The notes: generated from the sequence alone by a model not told the origin. 64,000 nt of DNA from an uncultured Clostridia bacterium (GCA_946631895.1 CAMPAN010000003.1:2556-66555); one strand, 5' to 3'; positions 29,011-39,185 are shown, numbered from the stretch's first letter. Made by a program: numbers and translations.

Positions 29011-30438
29011 TTATTCTTCGCGCGTAACGGACTCGGCCTTTTCGGTTTCTTCCTCGGAATCCTCGTTTTCCTTCTTGGTCAGCTCCATCTTGTCTGGATC
29101 GACCAGGATGCCGACCTCCTCGCCGTCCTCCATGAAATCGTCGGAGTGCGCGATCCAGTCGTTCTCCTCGCAGGAGATCGTGACCTCATAGTGCGTGCCG
29201 AGGAACATGCAGGCTTTGATCGTGCCGGTGAGCTTCGCGTCCTGCGGGGCGACGAGCCGCACGTTTTCGGGCGCAATGCGTACGATGGCGATCTCCTTGT
29301 TCTCGTAGCTCTCCAGCCCTTCGCACGGGAACGCCACGTCGTCGATGTAGATCGCGTTCTCGCTCGGCCAGGTCTCCGCGTCGAAGATGTTGTTGGAACG
29401 CGTCTTCTTCATGATATGGATCGCATCGGGCAGGATCTGAATGCCGACCCGCTGTCCCACCGGCGCAAAGTCGGTGGTATGCACGACCCATTCGTAGCCG
29501 CCGCAATCCACGCAGATCTCATAGTGCACGCCCATGAACACGACCGAGGCAACCGTGCCGGAGACCTTTGACTTCTCGGGCGGAACGATGTCGATGTCCT
29601 CCGGACGCACGACCGCGTCGACCTCGACGTTCCTGCCGAAGCCCGCGTCCACGCAGCGGTACACGACGCCGTTCATGCGGACCTTGTAGTCCTCGAGCAT
29701 AAGCCCCGGAACGATGTTGCTCTCGCCGATAAAGTCCGCAACGAACGGATTCTTCGGCTCGTTGTAGATGTCGGTCGGCTTGCCGATCTGCTGGATGACG
29801 CCGTCCTTCATGACGACGATCGTGTCAGACATCGTCAGCGCCTCTTCCTGGTCGTGCGTGACGTAGATGAACGTGATGCCGAGCTGCCGCTGCATGCGTT
29901 TCAGCTCCACCTGCATCTCCTGGCGGAGCTTTAGATCCAGCGCGCCGAGCGGTTCGTCGAGCAAAAGGACCTTCGGCTCGTTGACGAGCGCGCGGGCGAT
30001 CGCAACACGCTGCTGCTGTCCGCCGGACAGCTGATCAATCCAGCGCTTGCCGTAGCCTTCGAGGTTGACGAGCTTCAGCATCTTCTCGACCTTTTCCTCG
30101 ATGACGGGCTTCGGCGTCTTCTTGATCTTCAGACCGAACGCGATGTTGTCGTGCACATTGAGGTGCGGGAACAGCGCGTACTTCTGGAAGACCGTGTTAA
30201 TCTCGCGCTTGTGCGGCGGGACCTTCGCGATGTCGACGCCGTTCATCTTGATCATGCCGGAGGACGGCGTGATGAACCCCGCGATGCACCGAAGAAGCGT
30301 CGTCTTGCCGCAGCCGGACGGACCCAAGAGCGTCAGAAACTCGCCGTCGTTGATGTACAGATTGACGTGATCCAGCGCCACGTCCCCGTTGTAATCCTTG
30401 CTGATGTCGATCAGCTCGATCAGATGCTTATCGCTCAT
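29011..30438 (-). CDS. potA: spermidine/putrescine ABC transporter ATPase with duplicated C-terminal TOBE-like domain
   Basis: Walker [10 protein letters not shown], signature [14 protein letters not shown], Walker [12 protein letters not shown]. Two similar C-terminal segments are present (..[18 protein letters not shown].. and ..[18 protein letters not shown]..). Confidence 0.9.
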   Translation of the reverse strand: MSDKHLIELIDISKDYNGDVALDHVNLYINDGEFLTLLGPSGCGKTTLLRCIAGFITPSSGMIKMNGVDIAKVPPHKREINTVFQKYALFPHLNVHDNIAFGLKIKKTPKPVIEEKVEKMLKLVNLEGYGKRWIDQLSGGQQQRVAIARALVNEPKVLLLDEPLGALDLKLRQEMQVELKRMQRQLGITFIYVTHDQEEALTMSDTIVVMKDGVIQQIGKPTDIYNEPKNPFVADFIGESNIVPGLMLEDYKVRMNGVVYRCVDAGFGRNVEVDAVVRPEDIDIVPPEKSKVSGTVASVVFMGVHYEICVDCGGYEWVVHTTDFAPVGQRVGIQILPDAIHIMKKTRSNNIFDAETWPSENAIYIDDVAFPCEGLESYENKEIAIVRIAPENVRLVAPQDAKLTGTIKACMFLGTHYEVTISCEENDWIAHSDDFMEDGEEVGILVDPDKMELTKKENEDSEEETEKAESVTREE

Positions 30439-30447
30439 ACTTCCCCC

Positions 30448-31002
30448 TTAAAAAGACGGCGGCGTGCTGATCCACAGCACCTTCGCCGGTGTTTTACCGC
30501 TGTTGAAAAGACAGTGCACGCCCTGCGGATGCAGATAGAAGCTGTCGCCCTTTTTGACGCGGTATTTCGCGTCGCCGTCAAGGAGCGTGATCGTTCCGGA
30601 AAGAACGATTCCGAACTCCTCGCCCTCGTGCGGGTCGAGCTCCTCTGTCTGTCCGCCGGGACGGATCGTGACGAGGATGGGCTCCAAAGCGTTTTTCTGC
30701 GCGTTCGGCACGAGCCAACGGATCAGCGTCCCCGCCTCGCCGTCCTCATTCTCAAATGTGTCGTCCGGCGTGAACACCACGCGTTCGTCCGAACGGTCGT
30801 TGAAGAACGCGGAAATATCGGTCCCGAGCGCTTCGAGAATATCCATCAGCGTTGCGATCGAAGGAGATGTGATATCGTTTTCCAGCTGCGAGATGAAGCC
30901 CTTGGTGAGCTCGGTACGCGCCGCAAGCTCCTCCTGCGTCAGCCCGAGCTTCACGCGAAGCCTTCGAAGCTTTCTTCCGATCTCCGGTCTGCCCGTTTCC
31001 AT
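30448..31002 (-). CDS. XRE-family HTH regulator with C-terminal cupin domain (PuuR-like)
   Basis: ..IGRKLRRLRVKLGLTQEELAARTELTKGFISQLEND.. is an HTH_3 domain. Cupin-like ..HEGEEFGIVLSGTITL..GDSFYL.. The gene lies 9 nt upstream of potA. Confidence 0.8.
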   Translation of the reverse strand: METGRPEIGRKLRRLRVKLGLTQEELAARTELTKGFISQLENDITSPSIATLMDILEALGTDISAFFNDRSDERVVFTPDDTFENEDGEAGTLIRWLVPNAQKNALEPILVTIRPGGQTEELDPHEGEEFGIVLSGTITLLDGDAKYRVKKGDSFYLHPQGVHCLFNSGKTPAKVLWISTPPSF

Positions 31003-31017
31003 CGTGTCTATCCTTTC

Positions 31018-31046
31018 TAAACTTAAAGTTTACGATCACTAAACTT
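31018..31046. promoter_or_regulatory. overlapping inverted repeats (candidate operator) upstream of the XRE-cupin/pot operon
   Basis: TAAACTT-a-AAGTTTA-cgatcac-TAAACTT: three 7-bp half-sites, starting 16 nt upstream of the regulator start codon. Confidence 0.45.
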
Positions 31047-31135
31047 TTCGTGCATTTATAATGCCATATCCGCTCCCCTTTGTCAACACCTATTTTGCCG
31101 AATCGCGTCGGATTCCGCCGTTTGAAAGGAAATAT

Positions 31136-31187
31136 ACAAAAAGCCGGGACGATTCCCGGCAAAAAGAGGGACGGATCGCTCCGTCCC
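31136..31187 (-). terminator. tandem rho-independent terminators after udk
   Basis: The minus strand reads GGGACGGAGCGATCCGTCCC + TCTTTTT, then GCCGGGAATCGTCCCGGC + TTTTT. Confidence 0.85.
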
Positions 31188-31201
31188 CCGCTGTTGATCT
31201 G

Positions 31202-31876
31202 TCAGTCTTCGTCGTTTTCCGGATTCGCTTCCTCGATCCGCCGCATACCGGATTCCTTTTCAAACCGTTCGGCGAGCACTTTTGTCGTCAAATAGGCTGA
31301 AATGCAGTCGATCGCCATCTTGTTCTTGCCGCCGCGCATGATCGCAAAGTCCGCGTCGGTGATGTAGTTGACGATGTATTTTTCATACATCGGCTTGACC
31401 GTTTCGACGTACTGCTCGGCGATGTTGTCGATCGTTCTGCCGCGGCTCTTGATGTCGCGCTTGATGCGGCGCAAAAGGCAGATATCGGTGTCGACGTGCA
31501 TATAGACCTTCAGCACCATGCGATCCAGAAGCCGGTGATCGTAGAACATGTGGATGCCTTCCATGATCAGCACCTCGGGCGGGTAGATGAGCTCGTCCGA
31601 ATCGGCGCGAAGATGCGCGGCGTAGTCGTACCCCTTCTTGGTGATCGGCTTGCCGCTCTCGAGCGTGTCGAGATCGCGGATGATCTCGTCGTAGTCAAAG
31701 ATGTTCGGCTCGTCGTAATTGATGTGCACGCGCTCTTCAAACGGCAGCTCCGGAAAGCTCTTGTAGTAGCAGTCCTGTCCGATGATGACGCAGCTGCACG
31801 AAAGGCTGTCCTGAATCCTCTTTGCAAGCGTGCTCTTGCCGCTGCCCGATGCGCCGCAGATACCCACAATAATCAT
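31202..31876 (-). CDS. udk: uridine kinase
   Basis: MIIVGICGASGSGKSTLAKRI.. is a P-loop, with ..YDEPNIFDYD.. The start is at ATG 31876 rather than the track start at 32032. Confidence 0.9.
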   Translation of the reverse strand: MIIVGICGASGSGKSTLAKRIQDSLSCSCVIIGQDCYYKSFPELPFEERVHINYDEPNIFDYDEIIRDLDTLESGKPITKKGYDYAAHLRADSDELIYPPEVLIMEGIHMFYDHRLLDRMVLKVYMHVDTDICLLRRIKRDIKSRGRTIDNIAEQYVETVKPMYEKYIVNYITDADFAIMRGGKNKMAIDCISAYLTTKVLAERFEKESGMRRIEEANPENDED

Positions 31877-31976
31877 AACTGTTGCATCTCCCTCCGGATT
31901 TATCGGTATCATTGTACCGCATTCCGGAGCCGCTTGCAAGAGGATTTGTCGACCTCTGCCGTTTTTCGTCGTCCGA

Positions 31977-32005
31977 TTGACATTTTTGCGAAATTGTACT
32001 ATAGT
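31977..32005 (+). promoter_or_regulatory. sigma-A-type promoter upstream of 32056
   Basis: TTGACA, 17 nt, TATAGT. Confidence 0.55.
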
Positions 32006-32055
32006 AATTATATATGATCCATGCGGCGGCATCGCCGCGGAAAAGGAGAATCATC

Positions 32056-32676
32056 ATGCGTATCATTACGATCAGCCGTGAATTCGGTTCCGGCGGACGC
32101 GAGCTCGGAAAGCGCGTTGCCGATCTTTTGGGCTGCGATTATTACGACAGCGAGATCATCTCCGCCATCGCGCAGAACAGCGGTCTCGACGAAACCTATG
32201 TCGAAACGACGCTGGACAATCACGGATGGCAATACTTCCCCATCTCCTTCGGCGGGACAATGCACTCGGTCAACTATATCGACGCCAGCCGCATCGAAAT
32301 GCTCGTGCAGCAGAAAAAGGTCATTGAACAGATCGCCGCGCTCGGCAAGGATTGCGTCATCATCGGACGCAACGCGGACGCGATCTTAAAGGAATACAAA
32401 CCGTTCAGCATCTTTGTCTGCGCCGATCTCGAATCCAAGATCAAGCGCTGCCGCGCACGCGCCCGCGAGGATGAAAAGCTCACCGACCGCGAGCTCAAGC
32501 GCAAGATGCGGGAGATCGACAAGGGACGCGCGCGTACCCGCGATTTTTTGACCGGCAGCGAATGGGGCAAATGCGACAGCTATCATCTGACCGTCAACAC
32601 CGGTGACTGGGACATGAAAGCGCTTGCCGCCGCCGTCGCCGCTTTTGCGGAAAAGTGGTTTGAAAGCGAACAATGA
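32056..32676 (+). CDS. cytidylate-kinase-like family protein (AAA/NMP-kinase fold)
   Basis: MRIITISREFGSGGRELGKRVADLLGCDYYDSEII.. AAAGGAGAA RBS present. Confidence 0.7.
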   Translation: MRIITISREFGSGGRELGKRVADLLGCDYYDSEIISAIAQNSGLDETYVETTLDNHGWQYFPISFGGTMHSVNYIDASRIEMLVQQKKVIEQIAALGKDCVIIGRNADAILKEYKPFSIFVCADLESKIKRCRARAREDEKLTDRELKRKMREIDKGRARTRDFLTGSEWGKCDSYHLTVNTGDWDMKALAAAVAAFAEKWFESEQ

Positions 32677-34007
32677 AGATCCGCCTTTCCGATCACTTCA
32701 CATACCGAAAGCTTCTCCGATTTACCCTGCCGTCCATCGCCATGATGATCTTTACCTCGATCTACGGCGTGGTCGACGGGTATTTTGTATCCAATTTTGC
32801 GGGCAAGGAACCGTTTGCCGCGGTCAATCTCATCATGCCGTTCATTATGGTCGTATCGACCGTCGGCTTTATGTTCGGCACAGGCGGCACCGCGCTCGTG
32901 TCCAAGACCTTCGGCGAGGGCGATCCGGAACGCGCGAACCGGTATTTTTCGCTGTTTGTCTACGCGTCTTTTTTGCTCGGCATCGTGTTCTCGATCCTCG
33001 GCATCGTCTTCCTGCGTCCGATCGCGCGTCTTTTGGGTGCGGAAGGAACGCTGCTCGACAACTGCGTGATCTACGGCAGGATCGTCATTGCGGCAATGCC
33101 GTTTTTCATTCTGCAGCTGCTGTTCCAGAGCTTTTTCGTCGCGGCGGAAAAGCCGAATCTCGGCTTCTGGGTCATCGTTGCGGGCGGCGTCGCCAATATG
33201 ATCGGCGACGCGGTGCTCGTCACCCTGCTCCCGCAGGAGCATAAGCTTGCCGGCGCGGCGATCGCGACCGCGCTCGGACAGATCGTGGGCGGCGGCGTTC
33301 CGCTGGTCTATTTCTTCCGCAAAAACAGCAGCATCCTACGGCTCGGCAGGACGCGGTTCGACGGTAAAGCGCTCTGGAAGGCATCGACCAACGGCGTGTC
33401 GGAGCTTGTCAGCAGCGCGGCGATGAGCGTCGTCGGCATGGTCATGAACGTGCAGCTTTTGAAATACGCCGGCGAGGACGGCGTGGCGGCGTACGGCGTC
33501 ATGATGTACGTCAACATGATCTTTGCCGCGATCTTCATCGGCTACTCCATCGGCACCGCGCCGGTCATAGGCTTTCACTTCGGCGCAAAGAACGGCGGAG
33601 AGCTTCGCAACCTACTCCGAAAAAGCCTGCTCCTGCTGCTGATCGGCGGCGTTCTGATGGTCGCGGCGGCGGAGCTGCTTGCAAAACCGCTGGCGCTGCT
33701 GTTCGTCGGCTACGACGCAAAGCTGATGGAGCTCACCGAATCCGGCTTCCGTATCTTCGGCATATCCTTCTTCTTCATCGGGTTTGCGATCTTCGGCTCC
33801 GGATTCTTCACCGCGCTGAACGACGGCGTGACCTCGGCGATCATTTCGTTTCTGCGCACGCTCGTCTTTGAGCTCGGCGCGATCCTGCTCCTGCCGCTGC
33901 TGTTCGGCATCAACGGACTGTGGTTCTCCGTCGTCGTCGCGGAGCTGATGGCGACCCTGCTTTCGTTCATCTTCATGGCGGTCAAGCGGAAGCGTTTCGG
34001 ATATTGA
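32673..34007 (+). CDS. MATE-family efflux transporter
   Basis: About 12 TM helices. ..LLRFTLPSIAMMIFTSIYGVVDGYFVSNF.. is a typical MATE N-terminus. Confidence 0.85.
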   Translation: MKIRLSDHFTYRKLLRFTLPSIAMMIFTSIYGVVDGYFVSNFAGKEPFAAVNLIMPFIMVVSTVGFMFGTGGTALVSKTFGEGDPERANRYFSLFVYASFLLGIVFSILGIVFLRPIARLLGAEGTLLDNCVIYGRIVIAAMPFFILQLLFQSFFVAAEKPNLGFWVIVAGGVANMIGDAVLVTLLPQEHKLAGAAIATALGQIVGGGVPLVYFFRKNSSILRLGRTRFDGKALWKASTNGVSELVSSAAMSVVGMVMNVQLLKYAGEDGVAAYGVMMYVNMIFAAIFIGYSIGTAPVIGFHFGAKNGGELRNLLRKSLLLLLIGGVLMVAAAELLAKPLALLFVGYDAKLMELTESGFRIFGISFFFIGFAIFGSGFFTALNDGVTSAIISFLRTLVFELGAILLLPLLFGINGLWFSVVVAELMATLLSFIFMAVKRKRFGY

Positions 34008-34022
34008 AATAACGCACATAAA

Positions 34023-34050
34023 AAGGAGGGGTCCCGCCCCTCCTTTGTTT
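34023..34050. terminator. bidirectional terminator
   Basis: AGGAGGGG-tcccg-CCCCTCCT followed by TTGTTTT, preceded by AAAA. Confidence 0.8.
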
Positions 34051-34058
34051 TGCCCTGT

Positions 34059-36179
34059 TTATTTCAGCTTGATCGTCGCGATCTTTTCCATCGTTTCAAA
34101 CGAGAGCACGATGACCTCGCTGTCGCCGACCACGTAGAACACGTCGTCGATGAACAGTCCGCGCGCGTCGCCGAGCCAGTACTCGCTCTCGGTCCTGATC
34201 GTTCCGATCTGTTTGAAGGCGTCGCCCTCCACGCGGAACACCAGGTAAACGTCGTCCGCCGGGAACGCGACCGTGCCGGTTTCGACGTCAACGAACACGA
34301 TCTTGTGGTTGTACTGCACCGAGGTCCAGTTCGCGTCCTTCACGGAGAGCTTGAACGCTTCCTTCACGTCCGCGGGATCAGAGATATCGAACATGCTGAG
34401 CTTGACGTTTTCCGTCCAGCCGCGCTCCTCGTCCGCGTCATAGCCGATGCCGAGCAGCTTTCCTTCGCCGAACGGATGCAGATATGCCGAGAATCCAGGG
34501 ATCTTGAGCTTACTGAGGATCTTCGGATTCTCCGGATCGCTCAGGTCCGCCGAAAACAGCGGGTCGACCTGACGGAACGTCACGAAGTATGCCGTGTCGC
34601 CCATAAACCGCACAGACTGAACGCGTTCGTCCTTTGCAAGGTTTTCGAGTTTGCCGACCGTTTGAAGATTGCCGTCGAGCACGAGCAGCTCGCAATCGCT
34701 GCTGCTTGCCCATTCATACGTGTCGATGCCGTCCGTCCAGATGGTTTCTTCGCTTTCGGAACGCGTCACCACGAACCGGAAATACCCGTTATACGCGTCC
34801 ATGCTGAACTGATTCAGAAGCGTGCCGGGGATCTTCGCGCTTGCCGCCGCTTCGATTTTGCCGTCGTTCAGCGTGAAGCGGAACAGATTCGTATCCGAAC
34901 CGGACAGGATCTTGACAAAGTGCTTTCCGTTTTCATCGGTCTGCTCCGCGCTCTGATCATTGCGCCACTCCTGCGACGCGATCAGAAGGTCCGTTCCGCT
35001 GCAGTATACCGTGTTGCAGCCGCCGAGCACCGCCTTGTGCGAATCGAATACCTTACCGTCCGCTGCGTCAAGCAGCGTGACGACGGTGAAGCCGTTCTCC
35101 TTTGACTCCGGATTGACATAGATGTCGCCCGGCGCAAACGCAGTCGTTGCGTCGTCGGTGCTCACCTTCGGTACATACTCGTCAACCGGGATCGGATCGA
35201 CCATCGGATAGAAGTAGTACAGGCGGTAGTCCGAAACGATCATCAGCTTTCCTTCGATCAGCCTTGCGGTTCGATAATCGCCCTGCTGTTTATGCGAGGC
35301 AAGCAGCTTCGGCGCGGTGCGGTCGCCGAGATCGTATACCTCGGCAAACGTGTTTGTGCGGTCCTGCTCGTTGACCTTGTCGCTCCAGTTATAGTGCGAT
35401 CCCAGAATATACAGGCGATCGCCGTACAGCATCATTTCGGAATAATTGCGCCAATAACCGTCTTTTTCGGCGGCTTCCTTGAGCTGAATCGTCGAGACGA
35501 CGTCCGTGTCCTTTCCGTTTGCGGAGAGAATATAAACCCGGTTCTTCGAACGGCTCAGCGCATAGATCCATGTTCCGTCCGTTTTGACGATATCCGCTTC
35601 GTCGACGCCTTCGACCTGATTGTTCGTACCGGAATAGCGTCTGCCGGAATCGTCGGATTCGGCTTTTACGCCGTTCGTCGCAAGAACCATATCTCCGTCG
35701 ACCGGCTGCGGCATCGGCGCTGCCTCCGCTGTTTCCTCAGCAGTTGCAGGAGCTTCCGCTTCATCGACCGGAACGCCGTAGAATCCGTAGGCGGAGTCGT
35801 TCCGGGCGATTCGTTCTTTCATGATATCGCCGAGTTCTTCATACGATGCGACGGTCTCCGGTCTTTGACTCTCCGCCGTCTTGGCGGAACTGAGCAGAAA
35901 TCCCTTCTGTTCAACCGCCGCTTCGCTCTGCGCCGATGCTTCCATCGGGATGATCGCCGATTTGTTCTTCGTCGCCGCAGTGTTGATGCCGAGAACGACG
36001 GCAACGATCGCCGCTGCTGCCGCCGCGAACGACGGTACTGCGATCAACCAGCCTTTCCGCCGGTTTCTCTTCTCGCGTTCGGCACGAATTCTCCGAACGC
36101 GCTCCTCTTTCATATCGTCCAGCAATCCTTCGCGCACATGGACGCTGTCCATTTTCTTTCGATACGCATCCTTAAGCAT
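34059..36179 (-). CDS. anti-sigma-like N-terminus + TM + extracytoplasmic beta-propeller domain protein (PF09826-like)
   Basis: ..VQSVRFMGDTAYFVTFRQVDPLFSADLSDPENPKILSKLKIPGFSAYLHP.. is the Beta_propel signature (from memory). There is an N-terminal cytoplasmic segment and a TM helix (WLIAVPSFAAAAAAIVAVVL). GGAGGAG lies 6 nt upstream of the ATG at 36179. Confidence 0.75.
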   Translation of the reverse strand: MLKDAYRKKMDSVHVREGLLDDMKEERVRRIRAEREKRNRRKGWLIAVPSFAAAAAAIVAVVLGINTAATKNKSAIIPMEASAQSEAAVEQKGFLLSSAKTAESQRPETVASYEELGDIMKERIARNDSAYGFYGVPVDEAEAPATAEETAEAAPMPQPVDGDMVLATNGVKAESDDSGRRYSGTNNQVEGVDEADIVKTDGTWIYALSRSKNRVYILSANGKDTDVVSTIQLKEAAEKDGYWRNYSEMMLYGDRLYILGSHYNWSDKVNEQDRTNTFAEVYDLGDRTAPKLLASHKQQGDYRTARLIEGKLMIVSDYRLYYFYPMVDPIPVDEYVPKVSTDDATTAFAPGDIYVNPESKENGFTVVTLLDAADGKVFDSHKAVLGGCNTVYCSGTDLLIASQEWRNDQSAEQTDENGKHFVKILSGSDTNLFRFTLNDGKIEAAASAKIPGTLLNQFSMDAYNGYFRFVVTRSESEETIWTDGIDTYEWASSSDCELLVLDGNLQTVGKLENLAKDERVQSVRFMGDTAYFVTFRQVDPLFSADLSDPENPKILSKLKIPGFSAYLHPFGEGKLLGIGYDADEERGWTENVKLSMFDISDPADVKEAFKLSVKDANWTSVQYNHKIVFVDVETGTVAFPADDVYLVFRVEGDAFKQIGTIRTESEYWLGDARGLFIDDVFYVVGDSEVIVLSFETMEKIATIKLK

Positions 36180-36684
36180 CGAATTCTCCTCCAAGCTCTT
36201 CCTTCAGCAGTCCTCTTGCACGGTGCAGCCACGATTTCACCGTCGATTCCGTCGTCCGCATGACTGCGGCGATGTCCTTCACGGGATATTCTTCGTAGTA
36301 GTACAGATGGATTGCCGTACGGTATTTTTCCGGGAGCTTCATCACGGCGTCATACACCGTCGAGTCCGGCATTTCGTCCTCCGACGCGAGTTCACCCGTC
36401 GCGTCCTCCGGTACGCTGTGCCGGCGGAACGCGCTGCCCAAAAGCGTTTTCGAACAGTTGACCGTGACCTTGATCAGCCACGCCTTCTGGTGCTCCGCGC
36501 TCTCAAACGACGGCTTGTTTTTCAGGCATCGCAAAAAGACCTCCTGAACGACGTCTTCCGCGTCCGCCGCACTGCGTGTACGCACCAAAGCAAGGCGGTA
36601 CACCATGTCGCCGTACGTTTGAAACAGAGAATCGAGGTCGTTGTTGACGGGCTCATTCAGCTCGTATCGCATGCAGTGTTCCAA
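36172..36684 (-). CDS. ECF-type RNA polymerase sigma-70 factor
   Basis: ..FQTYGDMVYRLALVRTRSAADAEDVVQEVFLR.. is region 2 and ..YYEEYPVKDIAAVMRTTESTVKSWLHRAR.. is region 4. The gene overlaps the downstream anti-sigma-like gene. Confidence 0.88.
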   Translation of the reverse strand: MEHCMRYELNEPVNNDLDSLFQTYGDMVYRLALVRTRSAADAEDVVQEVFLRCLKNKPSFESAEHQKAWLIKVTVNCSKTLLGSAFRRHSVPEDATGELASEDEMPDSTVYDAVMKLPEKYRTAIHLYYYEEYPVKDIAAVMRTTESTVKSWLHRARGLLKEELGGEFDA

Positions 36685-36770
36685 CGTTTTTTGCTCCTCA
36701 CAAATAATACCGGGATCAGCCGGATTCGGTTGCGCAGTATTGCCTGTTTTTTGTTTCTTTTGCGAATCAA

Positions 36771-36807
36771 AACGGCGCGCGTTCCTTTCATGCGTTCGCG
36801 CGCCGTT
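36771..36807 (-). terminator. GC-rich hairpin after the amidase gene
   Basis: AACGGCGCGCG..loop..CGCGCGCCGTT followed on the minus strand by TTGATT. Confidence 0.5.
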
Positions 36808-36819
36808 CGTTTCGACGGT

Positions 36820-37728
36820 TTATCTCTTGAGCTGTGCCAGCAGCGCTTCCGCGATCGACTCCACGATCTTCTGACGGAAGGCTTCGTCCTCGAGGTCTGC
36901 GCGGTCTTCGCTGTTCTTCCAGTTGCCCATGACCAGCCTGACGCACGGGCATCCGCACTTGGACGCCACTTCGTCGCTCACCTTGTCAAAGCCTCTGCCC
37001 TTGCTGCTTTGGATCTCCATCCCGGTTCCGTTCGCATACGCGTCGATCAGGATTCTTGCAAAGCTCTCGTTCTTCTTCGTTCCCTGCACGAAGAATCCGT
37101 GCACCGAGGAACCGACTTCGTTGCACATCAGGCGGATCGCCGCGTCGCATTTTGCTTCCTTGATGATCCTTGCGCGCTTCGAGTTTCCGACCTCTTTCTT
37201 GTTGTCCTCACGCGTGATGACGACCTTCGCGCCTTTGGACTCCAGATATTCCGCAAGCTCCTTTGCAAGCGACAGGTTATACTCGCCTTCGTTCTTGTAC
37301 TTCGAACCGCCGTCGCGCGTGGGATCGATGCCGATCGTGAGCCCTTCGAACGCCGTGCCGGAGATCGTATTCGATCCGCTTGTTGTACTCGGGGCAGGCG
37401 TCTCAACTTCGAGCGCAGGCGGCGTCGGCGTTTCCGGTTCGGGCGTTCCGATGTCCGGCGTTTCCTCCGGAGAATCCGTCGGCGCCTGCGTCGGCTCTTC
37501 CGATATCTCCGGCTCTTCCGTCGCTTCCGATACCTGTGTCGGCACTGCGCGGTTTCCGGTCACTTCGGATTTGACGCAGTTGAACATCTGCGCAAAGTAA
37601 CCGCCTTTGGCGAGGAATACCACGCCGACAATCAATCCGATAGCCAGAATGATCATCGCACAGAACAGGGAAAACCCCAACGGGTTATGGATCCGGAAAT
37701 GTTTTCTTCTGTTTTTAATTCGTTTCAC
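36820..37728 (-). CDS. membrane-anchored N-acetylmuramoyl-L-alanine amidase (Amidase_3)
   Basis: ..LTIGIDPTRDGG..NLSLAKELAEYLESKGAKVVITRED.. GTG start with AAGGAGGAG RBS. N-terminal TM helix. Confidence 0.75.
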   Translation of the reverse strand: MKRIKNRRKHFRIHNPLGFSLFCAMIILAIGLIVGVVFLAKGGYFAQMFNCVKSEVTGNRAVPTQVSEATEEPEISEEPTQAPTDSPEETPDIGTPEPETPTPPALEVETPAPSTTSGSNTISGTAFEGLTIGIDPTRDGGSKYKNEGEYNLSLAKELAEYLESKGAKVVITREDNKKEVGNSKRARIIKEAKCDAAIRLMCNEVGSSVHGFFVQGTKKNESFARILIDAYANGTGMEIQSSKGRGFDKVSDEVASKCGCPCVRLVMGNWKNSEDRADLEDEAFRQKIVESIAEALLAQLKR

Positions 37729-37879
37729 TGGATTGCTCCTCCTTAGCGGTCGTTTCCTATGATGTCATTTTAGCACGCATTTTGCAAATCGGAAGCGATT
37801 TTGCATTTCGTTTACAAAAAGATAAAAAAAGAACGCCGAAAACGGATACAAATACCGGAAAATATGGTATCATATTCCT

Positions 37880-38722
37880 ATGCCCAATATCTGTACACAC
37901 ATTGCATTCGGTGTTCGCGTCGCCGAAGCGGTTCAGAAGCCGCTCGCATCACTCGGGGAACCGTTTTATCTCGGCTGTCTCGGTCCGGACTGGTATTTTT
38001 ACGACCGTCTGCCGCCGACGCCGTTCATTCCCCATCGGAAAAAGCACGGCAACGTTCTGCACGGGCTTGATTGCAGTGTGCTCTTTTTCGCGCTTGCCGA
38101 CGCAGCGGACGAATCAATGCGTCCGTTCTTATACGGGTTTCTGACGCACATTGCGCTTGACAGCACGCTGCATCCGTATGTGGACGCAAACCACCGCGGC
38201 AGCGCGCATTCCCGTTTTGAGGGCGTGATCGACTCGATCGTATTCAAGAGGACAGGCGACGAGATCCCGTACCGTGAGATTTTTCGGAAACGCACCGACA
38301 CAAAAGCGATCGACGCGCTGCTTGCGCGCGTGTCCGAAACGCTCTGCGGCGCACACGTTTCGGGCGCGTACGTACGCGGGCTTCGGAAATTCCGAAGGCT
38401 CGTTCCGTTCCTGTACGATCCGAGCCGCAGACGGTACCGCTTCTTCCGCGCCCTTGAGCGTCCGTTCGGGAAACCCGGTCTGATTTCCGATTTCCTGATC
38501 GGACCCGATCACGACGATCCGGACGGCTGCATGAACCTTTCTCGCAAAAGCTGGGTCTCCCCGTGGGAGCCGGACCGTATACGCGACGAAAGCGTTCCGA
38601 TGCTGTTTGACGATGCGAAAGCGCTTGCCGTTACGCTGATCCGCGCATTCGACGCGAATGACCGCGACACGCTTCGCACGCTTCTCAAAAACCGCACGAT
38701 GCAGAAGGGAGCGCTTGCATGA
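37880..38722 (+). CDS. zinc-dependent phospholipase C-family protein (putative)
   Basis: MPNICTHIAFGVRVAEA..FYLGCLGPDWYFY..FLTHIALDSTLHPYV.. is a His-rich pattern. The family call is from memory. Confidence 0.5.
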   Translation: MPNICTHIAFGVRVAEAVQKPLASLGEPFYLGCLGPDWYFYDRLPPTPFIPHRKKHGNVLHGLDCSVLFFALADAADESMRPFLYGFLTHIALDSTLHPYVDANHRGSAHSRFEGVIDSIVFKRTGDEIPYREIFRKRTDTKAIDALLARVSETLCGAHVSGAYVRGLRKFRRLVPFLYDPSRRRYRFFRALERPFGKPGLISDFLIGPDHDDPDGCMNLSRKSWVSPWEPDRIRDESVPMLFDDAKALAVTLIRAFDANDRDTLRTLLKNRTMQKGALA

Positions 38723-39183
38723 CCTGTTGTTTTACCGGACATCGCAATCTGCCCCCCGCCGGTTCGCCGGAATACGCGGATCTGCTGCTTGCCTTAGAAC
38801 ACGCGGTTTCGGACGTACGCAAAGAGGGCTGCTCCCGTTTCATCGTCGGAGGTGCAAAGGGCTTTGATCTTCTGGCGGGCGAATGGATCCTTGCCCTGAA
38901 AAAGGTCGATCCGGACGTGTCCCTCGCTGTCTACATACCGCACCGCGGACAGGAGCACAGCTACAGTTCCGAAGATATGCTTCGATATCGAAAGCTGCAA
39001 AACGGCGCGGACGAAACGCTGGTGCTTTCCGATTCCTATCACCCGGGCTGCATGCGGGAGCGCAACGCGCGTATGGTCGCGGACGCGCAGTTCTGTATTG
39101 CATATGTTCGCAGAAGCAACAGCGGCTCCGGGCAGACTCTGAAAATGGCGGAGGCGAAGGGCTTAACGGTCCTTCGGATCTGA
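38719..39183 (+). CDS. SLOG/DUF1273 (YpsA-like) family protein
   Basis: MTCCFTGHRNLP..FIVGGAKGFDLLAGEWILALKK.. There is a 4-nt overlap with the upstream gene. Confidence 0.7.
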   Translation: MTCCFTGHRNLPPAGSPEYADLLLALEHAVSDVRKEGCSRFIVGGAKGFDLLAGEWILALKKVDPDVSLAVYIPHRGQEHSYSSEDMLRYRKLQNGADETLVLSDSYHPGCMRERNARMVADAQFCIAYVRRSNSGSGQTLKMAEAKGLTVLRI

Positions 39184-39185
39184 AT

